Below, one piece after another: positions 1-7,464 of a stretch of 64,000 bases of DNA (the first letter of the stretch is position 1; each line of letters begins with the position of its first letter). The notes beneath the pieces are model-generated. The model ran no database searches. It saw only the letters and a program-made list of their open reading frames with translations, and was not told where the DNA came from. Position numbers and translations under genes: made by a program. This DNA comes from a virus (lineage: Duplodnaviria; Caudoviricetes), in the IMG/VR virus record IMGVR_UViG_3300020576_002947, positions 96,001 to 160,000 of that record, one strand, 5' to 3'.

Positions 1-179
1 AGAGCTTCTACATTTCTAATTGCTGAATTAAGACCCTTTCCTGTTATAGAAGCAGGATTTAGATTTGGAAATATTAGATTTTCTGCGTTAAATCTGGCAC
101 TTAGCATAGTAGAGATAAGGGCCTTCCCACTTTTAGGAAGGCCCGATATTTCTATTAATATAGGAGTACTAATAGGCAC
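1..179 (-). CDS. Nucleoside-monophosphate (thymidylate-kinase-like) P-loop kinase, 3'-truncated by the window edge
   Basis: Not in the ORF track. Manual translation from GTG at 179 gives MPISTPILIEISGLPKSGKALISTMLSARFNAENLIFPNLNPASITGKGLNSAIRNVEA: hydrophobic strand, P-loop-like GLPKSGK, then FP...TGK as in dTMP kinases. Open to the edge. Confidence 0.55.
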   Translation of the reverse strand, partial: MPISTPILIEISGLPKSGKALISTMLSARFNAENLIFPNLNPASITGKGLNSAIRNVEA

Positions 180-180
180 T

Positions 181-477
181 TTATTCGTCAGTAGTACCTG
201 CATCTAGTTCCTCTGAAAAAGCATCAGGATTTCCATATAGACGCTTTATCCTATTATAAATTACCCAAGATCTTGTAGGGATAACAATTATTACTCCATT
301 ATCCATAAGAATAACAGAACCAAATTTAGTTCTAGTTGTTGTAAAATCAATAACTAGATTTGGATCAAGCTCTCTTTTTTCTTTAATCAATCTTTTAGTT
401 TGACGTATTGGATGATTAAAAATTGCTGTTATTCGTCCAATAGGAATAAGGTGTTTTGATGGTAGTACTAGAAACAC
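181..477 (-). CDS. DUF370 / RemA-family small protein
   Basis: 98 aa. The pattern IPIGRITAIF...KRLIKEKRE...LVIDFT...SVILMDNGVIIV follows RemA (ISANRMISIV...KRMIQDARD..MLIDAT...AVVVMDSDHIIL, recalled) in spacing and length. Confidence 0.7.
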   Translation of the reverse strand: MFLVLPSKHLIPIGRITAIFNHPIRQTKRLIKEKRELDPNLVIDFTTTRTKFGSVILMDNGVIIVIPTRSWVIYNRIKRLYGNPDAFSEELDAGTTDE

Positions 478-863
478 TAAGCATCCTCAACTTCTATTTT
501 AACATCATTTTGTACCATAAAGTCTTGAAGTTCTCTTACAGATTCTCTGTACTGCCTATCCCTTTCCTCTTCTAATATAGGATCATACGTTTGAACATTG
601 TCCTCATTATTGAAGTAAGAAGCATTCATATGATCTTCTAAAACTCTCATATGGTACTGGTAGTCTTCACCAACTGAAGGCTCGGGAACATATCCACCCA
701 AATCCCTCTTATCAGAAGGTCTTGACTCACACCTATTACAGATAGAATTATTCCTATCATAGTTCTGACATTTCTTAGTTAGTTTACAACTATGAAACAT
801 GCAGCACCGACTCTGCTGGTCAGTGTTATAGTAAAACCCTCTGATAATTGTTGATGTATTCAT
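477..863 (-). CDS. Hypothetical Cys-rich protein
   Basis: 128-aa ORF coupled to its neighbours; CCxxHxC...C...CxxC cluster, possibly metal-binding. Confidence 0.6.
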   Translation of the reverse strand: MNTSTIIRGFYYNTDQQSRCCMFHSCKLTKKCQNYDRNNSICNRCESRPSDKRDLGGYVPEPSVGEDYQYHMRVLEDHMNASYFNNEDNVQTYDPILEEERDRQYRESVRELQDFMVQNDVKIEVEDA

Positions 864-1291
864 TATAGGTCGTTAAGATCGGTTCTAGGTAAAGCCTTAT
901 TCCTGATCCTAGTATCACAATGACCGAACATAAGACTTAGCTCTCTAATAGGTTTATTAGTCCAAGCAAGCTCTTTCTGCAGATCTTCGTCTGTCATCAT
1001 CTCACTTTGCTCCAAACTCATCCTAAATATCTGTAGCGATTGAAGTACCTGACTAGCTAAAATCCTTTTAACTATGTAGTACATCAGAGAATCATTCTCA
1101 GTCTCAGCCTCACACATATTCTTAACTAACTGGACAGCTCTGGGCGCGAGCTTATCAATTAGTCCTAAGATTACCCGTAAGTTTTCATCCCTATTCTCTT
1201 CACTAGCCTGCTCAATAGGTATCACACTTTCCCAGTCAGAGATAAACTCTTTTGAGAACATTTCTTCTAAAATTTGATCTAACGTTAACAT
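863..1291 (-). CDS. Hypothetical helical protein
   Basis: 142-aa ORF, overlapping start/stop with neighbours; no motif recognised. Confidence 0.6.
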   Translation of the reverse strand: MLTLDQILEEMFSKEFISDWESVIPIEQASEENRDENLRVILGLIDKLAPRAVQLVKNMCEAETENDSLMYYIVKRILASQVLQSLQIFRMSLEQSEMMTDEDLQKELAWTNKPIRELSLMFGHCDTRIRNKALPRTDLNDL

Positions 1292-1902
1292 TCTGCCATT
1301 CCCAGCTTAATCATTTTACTTGCAATACTAGCCTTAAACTTTTCATATCTTTTAATAGATAAACCTACTAGTTCCCTGATCTCATTTGCTTTGTATCCTT
1401 GAATATGCCTAGTTATAATGTCTACTTCAGTAGGACAAAAACCTAACCCTGGAAGCTCTGCTAAAAACATTGTATCAGTCGATGTATTATCAATATCCCC
1501 CTTTTCATGGGAATGAACTAACATCCTCTTACCTACTTCCAACTCCTTCTTCGTCTTCTCTATCGCCTTATACACCTTTGTCTTTGAACCGTATCCATAC
1601 TTGAACTTCAAACTAACCCGGATAAAATTGTTAATTAACTTCGATTTTTCAGCACTTGTAGCTTCAGCAGGAAACTTAACTCTAGGTAAAATGTCCTTAA
1701 AGACTGTAACTTTCATATTCTGAACAACATCTTCATAATCTTCCAATCTCTTATCACACAGTACTCTAATCTGTCCTTTTTGAATCATTGACTTAATGAT
1801 CTTGGTGATTAGTACATACATAGTTTCTCCATGAACTGTGGGATTCTCCAGCCATAAGGAGTAAACGTCAAAAGGCTCTGTATTGTCTTTTCCTCTTTTC
1901 AT
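1285..1902 (-). CDS. Sigma70/ECF-like RNA polymerase sigma factor
   Basis: 205 aa; region-2-like EDYEDVVQNMKVTVF and C-terminal region-4-like HTH (PTEVDIITRHIQGYKANEIRELVGLSIKRYEKFKASIASKM). Confidence 0.6.
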   Translation of the reverse strand: MKRGKDNTEPFDVYSLWLENPTVHGETMYVLITKIIKSMIQKGQIRVLCDKRLEDYEDVVQNMKVTVFKDILPRVKFPAEATSAEKSKLINNFIRVSLKFKYGYGSKTKVYKAIEKTKKELEVGKRMLVHSHEKGDIDNTSTDTMFLAELPGLGFCPTEVDIITRHIQGYKANEIRELVGLSIKRYEKFKASIASKMIKLGMAEC

Positions 1903-1913
1903 ATTAAATTTGT

Positions 1914-1943
1914 AGTAGCCTGGATGTCCAGGCTGTTGTTTTT
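1914..1943 (+). terminator. Intergenic hairpin with T-tract on the + strand
   Basis: AGCCTGGA-TG-TCCAGGCT inverted repeat, extendable by G-U pairs on the + strand and followed by GTTTTT. Confidence 0.5.
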
Positions 1944-1945
1944 GC

Positions 1946-3046
1946 TTAACTTTGTTCTTGTATAAGCACTCCTGTGATTACAGGAGTAACGCCAGTAGAC
2001 TGTCTACTAAGTGTTATAGTAGCGTCTGTATTATTTATGATGACTGGAAGCTCTGATAATGTTAGCAGGTCTTTGCCTTTTAGGGCTAAAGTACTAATAT
2101 CAAGACCCCAAGGATTGGTTACCTTTAGTACTCCAGTATTGTCAAAGGTCTGACTTAAAAGTCTAACCTTACCAAGACCCATTACTATATTCTCATCAGC
2201 ACTTAGTTTAATTCTAATAGCTGACACTACAGTACCAGGCATGAAAACTCTTAGAGGGCCAGCATTGTTTACCCAAGCATTTGAGTAAAGATCTTGATTA
2301 TACCCAGGAAGGTATGACAAGTCTAGTGTGGTCCAAGTAGATAGATTGCTTGCTTCTGCAGTAAGATAACCTATCTCCTCAATATTACAAGCAAATGCAG
2401 GAAGAGGGTATATCTCTAGACATGTAGGAGCTTTATATTGAGACCCATAAGGAATATCAATTCTAACCCATAAGTATCTTTTAGTACCAGAAATAGTTTC
2501 TAGTTCCTCAACTAAAGGCTGCTTGCATTCTATAAATAGTTCACTATTAGGAGCTTCCCTATAGTCATTCAATGAGTGAGCACTTCCACTTGATTGTGCT
2601 GTCCAAACTCGTATATCTGAGGAAGCTCTTGTAAGTCCATAAAGATCTGTATAGTTTAACAGATCAGTCTCTTCTAGTACGGGAAGAGTAGCTTGCCCAA
2701 AGACTGTTGAGATAGAGCATGTCGTATCGCCCGTCACAACCTGTGAAGAGGAGTGCATGCTTATTAGTGCCATTCCAGAGCTAGAGAGGCTAGAAGCCCT
2801 GCTAGAGAGCGAAGAAACCATGTTCTGTATTCCTAGTGCTGACGCACTGGTAGCTTCTGATAGATCTAGATACGCATTCTGAGCTAAGGTAGCAAAAGCT
2901 TTAAGCTCAGCCGTATCATTAAAGATACCATTAATAAATGATTGTAGCTGCTGACTATTTGAAGTGGCACCACTGCTTACTGTAAGAGGCAGATAAGCCC
3001 CGAATTTTAATGATAAAAATGATCGTTCTAATCTATTCATAGCCAC
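1946..3046 (-). CDS. Virion structural protein (baseplate/fibre-associated; paralogue family member)
   Basis: 366 aa; N-terminal helical segment, beta-rich body, C-terminal TPVITGV motif shared with three upstream genes. Confidence 0.55.
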   Translation of the reverse strand: MAMNRLERSFLSLKFGAYLPLTVSSGATSNSQQLQSFINGIFNDTAELKAFATLAQNAYLDLSEATSASALGIQNMVSSLSSRASSLSSSGMALISMHSSSQVVTGDTTCSISTVFGQATLPVLEETDLLNYTDLYGLTRASSDIRVWTAQSSGSAHSLNDYREAPNSELFIECKQPLVEELETISGTKRYLWVRIDIPYGSQYKAPTCLEIYPLPAFACNIEEIGYLTAEASNLSTWTTLDLSYLPGYNQDLYSNAWVNNAGPLRVFMPGTVVSAIRIKLSADENIVMGLGKVRLLSQTFDNTGVLKVTNPWGLDISTLALKGKDLLTLSELPVIINNTDATITLSRQSTGVTPVITGVLIQEQS

Positions 3047-3390
3047 TTTCTCTTAGTAGTTTTTAGTTGCAGATATTCTTGAAATTCTATCTGAGCTCTT
3101 AAATGAGCTAGCTCTGCTAAAACTGCCGTACTATAAGACAGTCTTGAATTAATTGTTTCGGAGTATGTCACAATACTATCAGCTAAGGTTAAAAAGTTAA
3201 GAACAAAAGCCTGTAGATTCTTTTGGATTAGTGAGAACTTAAATGATTCTCTAGGTCCGTTAAATCTAAATGCAGAGATTGGTATAAACGGAGAGTTTTT
3301 TGCCTCTGCTATATACCAATTATCAACAACGATGTTTTCGTTTCTGACTTGGTAGGCCCCTAAGGTTTCTTTTACTTCGGTTTCGAACAT
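3037..3390 (-). CDS. Small virion-associated protein
   Basis: 117 aa; FRFNGPRES motif followed by an amphipathic helix; lies in the structural operon. Confidence 0.45.
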   Translation of the reverse strand: MFETEVKETLGAYQVRNENIVVDNWYIAEAKNSPFIPISAFRFNGPRESFKFSLIQKNLQAFVLNFLTLADSIVTYSETINSRLSYSTAVLAELAHLRAQIEFQEYLQLKTTKRKWL

Positions 3391-3391
3391 T

Positions 3392-5575
3392 TTACTTTGT
3401 TAGTATCTTCACAGATCTGAGTTTTGGTGTAAGTGTGTTTGATTGGTTTGTTCTTAACTCAAACTTATAATCAATAGTAGTTGTATTAACTAAGTCTGTA
3501 ATGCTAGAATTGAATCCTGAGTACTTCACACTTAAATTAGGTTGATTACTTAATTTAGAGCCAATAAAACCGTCAATAATATCAGACGAATTTTTATTTA
3601 AAGCGATTTTGTTAGGATAGCCTGTGTCTTTCCAAGCCCAGTACTTAAAGGACTTTGGTAAATTAAAACCAAGGTCGAATTCTGATACTGGATCAAAGGT
3701 GCCTGTCCCAACAATATCTGTTACTTCATAAAGTCTTTTAAACTCTGTGTCTAAGATGTTTGGATAAAGAGTAAGCTGTAAATACTTTTCAGTTGTAGAG
3801 TTAGCATCATTAGCAATAGCTGGTAGCTCAGGGCAGTAGAAGTACAACTCGAAAGTATTCCAGCCCTTGTTTATCATAAAGGACCAATTGGTGCCTACAC
3901 TTGCGCCAGATTGTGAGCTTCCGTCTGTATAAAGGGTAAATGGACTTTGTGAAGAACAGACCCTAATATCATTAATATATACAGAGAAAATTCCATAGGA
4001 CAGTCCTAGCTGCTGAAATGTTCTTGTACTAGGAGTTCGATGTCCCTGTAAAAACCAATACTTACCAAAATCAATAACAGAATCTTTATTAGCAAAAAAT
4101 TTATATTGGATTTTATATATGTAATTCTCTCTTGCAGCAGATGATTGCCCGTTGTGAAGAGGAAGGATTGATAAGCTTGTGTATTGAAATTCAGAGTCTT
4201 GCTCACCAATAAACAACTGGTTGTCTTTTGTTAGTGAGGTATGCTCATCACCATAAGGCACTAACTGAACTTCGACACTCTCTGAAGAAGTAGACAACTG
4301 ATCAACACTAGATATCGTTTCCCAGCAGACTAAACTCCCTGCATCTTTAAATAGGCCAGGGTGTAAATCAGGGTAGAAGCTTCCTTCATCTGTGGGGATC
4401 TTTTTGATCGTTGAGATTTCGACTTGATCTCTTCCTATTGTAAGAGTACCTTCTCGGGAGTTTGAGATATTGTCAAAGGTGTTTGTGTAATAGTAAAGTC
4501 CATTAGGTTCTAATGACGCCACTGTGATCGGATACTCTGTGGTCTCCGGTGTTGTATTAACTGTCCAGGCATCAGGTTTAACCTTTACCCACGCACCTGA
4601 GTCTATCTTTACATATGGAATCACATATGTTCCTTGTGGTACATCAGCTTCATAAGATACTTTATAAGAACTGAATTTACTTGAGGGTGTAAAAGAAGTG
4701 CTTACAACTAAGGATTCATCATTATATCTAAGTGCAACAAGTTCAATACTTTCTGTTCCAAAAACGCTATTTAAGGTATCTTCGACAGGAGATAACTCTA
4801 CAAGCATCTTTGTAGCTTGCTGAATAAGAACAGGGTAAGATCCCTTTATCTTTGTAACTGCATTTACTACAGAGTGCCAGTTTCCTTCTCTTAGGAGCTG
4901 GATCTTTATATGAGTATTTCCAACAGGATTAATAACTATCTCGGTAACATTAGTTTCTTTGATATCTATCGTAGCTTTGATCTTTGAATCTTTGCCACTA
5001 GCAAGGAATTTAGCTCCTGTGAAAACATTATTCCTTACCCCAAAAACAGTACAATTTTCAAGATTAATATAATAATTATTAAAATCAAGGGCTTCTGTAT
5101 GAACTAAAGAATAGGGAATATACGCAGCCTGCAGCTCAGAATCTATGATAGAGTTTGTCTCTTCAAGATCAAGCCAGTTTGTATTATAGAATGTTTGAAG
5201 ATGGGCCCATGAGGCATATCCTTGAGAGATAGATGTTAGAAACTCACTTGTCTTTCTATACTGCTCAACTCTCTTCATACTAAGAGACATCTTATTAAGA
5301 ATTAGCTGGTAGCTCTGATTAGTATTCTTAGTTAGATTATTATAAGCTGTAATAGCAATATTTGTATCCAACTCTATGGAAGTAACATAATCTTTTAACT
5401 TTTTATTATCTATGTTCTCATAAGGGACTGCTTTATATAAACTAGCACTAGGCTTACCTAAGATGATCTTAGCATCTAGTGTCGTATTGAAAGTAACAAA
5501 GTCCCCTGAAAGAAAAGATCTTTGAGCTCTCTTATCAAGTATGTATTCTTTTTGAGCTGCCGTAATTAATGACAT
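3392..5575 (-). CDS. Virion structural protein (paralogue family member)
   Basis: 727 aa; N-terminal coiled coil, beta-rich body, ends LTPKLRSVKI. Confidence 0.6.
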   Translation of the reverse strand: MSLITAAQKEYILDKRAQRSFLSGDFVTFNTTLDAKIILGKPSASLYKAVPYENIDNKKLKDYVTSIELDTNIAITAYNNLTKNTNQSYQLILNKMSLSMKRVEQYRKTSEFLTSISQGYASWAHLQTFYNTNWLDLEETNSIIDSELQAAYIPYSLVHTEALDFNNYYINLENCTVFGVRNNVFTGAKFLASGKDSKIKATIDIKETNVTEIVINPVGNTHIKIQLLREGNWHSVVNAVTKIKGSYPVLIQQATKMLVELSPVEDTLNSVFGTESIELVALRYNDESLVVSTSFTPSSKFSSYKVSYEADVPQGTYVIPYVKIDSGAWVKVKPDAWTVNTTPETTEYPITVASLEPNGLYYYTNTFDNISNSREGTLTIGRDQVEISTIKKIPTDEGSFYPDLHPGLFKDAGSLVCWETISSVDQLSTSSESVEVQLVPYGDEHTSLTKDNQLFIGEQDSEFQYTSLSILPLHNGQSSAARENYIYKIQYKFFANKDSVIDFGKYWFLQGHRTPSTRTFQQLGLSYGIFSVYINDIRVCSSQSPFTLYTDGSSQSGASVGTNWSFMINKGWNTFELYFYCPELPAIANDANSTTEKYLQLTLYPNILDTEFKRLYEVTDIVGTGTFDPVSEFDLGFNLPKSFKYWAWKDTGYPNKIALNKNSSDIIDGFIGSKLSNQPNLSVKYSGFNSSITDLVNTTTIDYKFELRTNQSNTLTPKLRSVKILTK

Positions 5576-7464
5576 TATTCTTTAAATCCTTTCAATGCAT
5601 AATAAGCTACTGATGGAGTTTGATGGAGATCGCTAGCGTTCCCTTTGATCTCAATCTTCATCATAATAGAGTTAATCTGCTTATCTAACTTAACTGAGTT
5701 ATCGAAGTCCCCACCCTTAGATGGTTCAATAGATTGCCATGTAGCGCCATTGTCTATAGAGAAGGAATAAGTAACCCAACCTTGTGTACCCCAGTCTGTA
5801 GGAACATGGAACTCAGATACAAGTGCAACTCTATTTACAGCCTTACCAAACTTTAAGACTTTAGAGACATATACGCCTGCACTAGAGTACTGAACTTTCT
5901 CTAAAGCAATAGTTTTAATTGCTACTGTAGATCTATATCCATTAAATAAATCATAGCCTTGTCTTTGATCAGTGACTGTAAACGTTCTGTTGAAAGATCC
6001 AATACTTATTAAGTTCTCTACTAAACCTGAACCAACTCCAAGATTAATTAGGAACTGCATATAAGGATTAGCTACACTAATCTGAGAAGCTGCTTGGGTA
6101 GCAATTGGTGCTAACCCTGAAAGAATAGTTCCTTTATTCTCAGAGCCTATTACAGCACCCTCAGCAGGATAACTTCCTTTCTCTGGGTCGAAGGTAGGCG
6201 TAATATTCTCAGTCTTTTGAGTAGCTACAGTAGGTCTTGTCTTTGCAAACAGTTCTACTCTTTTCGGAATGTCTTCATGATCTACACTCTTGAATAGACC
6301 ATAGTTTCTTTCTGATCTTCGATGGACGTTAACCCATACGAAAGGATGACCAAAGAGAACATCCTCTGAAGCACTGCCTTCAAAATGTAGAAAGACTGAC
6401 TCTACTCTTCGACTGCTGTTAATTGGTATGAACTTACCTGATGAGCTTATCTTTGTCTCAAACAAGTTAAACTTAGTCGCTGTTGTCTCACCAGGATTTA
6501 ATACAAAGTCCTTGGCTATGGTAACAGGCTTCTCTAAACCTTCTAACTTAACAGTAGCTAGCTTTACTTTAGAAACATTCTTTTTATGCCTAATAAAAGG
6601 ATCGAGTCTCACACCTGAAAGAGTCATAGGCTCATTCATAGTTAAAGTAACTGCAAACTCTGCTGAACTACTAAGGTTAACTCTAACCTCTGAACTAGCA
6701 ATTGGCTGGATGAACTCTGCGATAGAGTATCCCTTCTTATCAGCACCTTCATCTAACTGAAGAGCTTCAGGCCAGTAAAGATTCACATTCCAGTCAAAGT
6801 TATTAGTAACATTTAGGACATCAATCTCTGAACCTGAGATGTCTGAAACATAGGCTTTACCTGACTGCTTAGCTTTTTGTTTAGAATAAATAAAGTTTCT
6901 TTCTACTTCAAAATGAGTTGTCTCTTTGTTATCGAATAGATGCAGAAGATTGGAGGAGTCATTAGTGTCAAACTCAGCCTTAGGCTCAGTGTTCTCCCCT
7001 CCAGGTGTCACTCTTAAAGCGAGAAGATTACAACCTGGGAATGTCTTTGTCTTCTTCATTACCTCTTCGTTTAACGTAGGAGTAAAACTGGTGACAGATA
7101 GATAGCTAGTAGGTGTTAAAGTTAGAAGACCTCTGTCAGTATTAACTAAAGCTGTTGTGGCTTTGTCTGTGTTATCTCTGGTGGCAAACGTATCAGAAAC
7201 CCAGACAAAGTCTGTAATCTCATTAGCTTGATTGTATATTACGTTGCTGACTTTTGAGGATAACTCCTTTACACCAAACTCTAAAATATTAAGAGCAGCG
7301 TCTAAATTATTATATTTATTAACAATACTAGATTTTACAGTGTTAATATTATCGCCTAGGCTTGTTATCGCAAAAGTGACCGTATCAATATGGTCACCAG
7401 CATAGTCAACAAGGTTAGATGTAACAGCAAAATCTGATATCTGAGGTAAAGAAATTTTATCCAT
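5575..7464 (-). CDS. Virion structural protein (paralogue family member)
   Basis: 629 aa; N-terminal coiled coil, Asp-box-like SIDNGATW, ends QTPSVAYYAL. Confidence 0.6.
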   Translation of the reverse strand: MDKISLPQISDFAVTSNLVDYAGDHIDTVTFAITSLGDNINTVKSSIVNKYNNLDAALNILEFGVKELSSKVSNVIYNQANEITDFVWVSDTFATRDNTDKATTALVNTDRGLLTLTPTSYLSVTSFTPTLNEEVMKKTKTFPGCNLLALRVTPGGENTEPKAEFDTNDSSNLLHLFDNKETTHFEVERNFIYSKQKAKQSGKAYVSDISGSEIDVLNVTNNFDWNVNLYWPEALQLDEGADKKGYSIAEFIQPIASSEVRVNLSSSAEFAVTLTMNEPMTLSGVRLDPFIRHKKNVSKVKLATVKLEGLEKPVTIAKDFVLNPGETTATKFNLFETKISSSGKFIPINSSRRVESVFLHFEGSASEDVLFGHPFVWVNVHRRSERNYGLFKSVDHEDIPKRVELFAKTRPTVATQKTENITPTFDPEKGSYPAEGAVIGSENKGTILSGLAPIATQAASQISVANPYMQFLINLGVGSGLVENLISIGSFNRTFTVTDQRQGYDLFNGYRSTVAIKTIALEKVQYSSAGVYVSKVLKFGKAVNRVALVSEFHVPTDWGTQGWVTYSFSIDNGATWQSIEPSKGGDFDNSVKLDKQINSIMMKIEIKGNASDLHQTPSVAYYALKGFKE

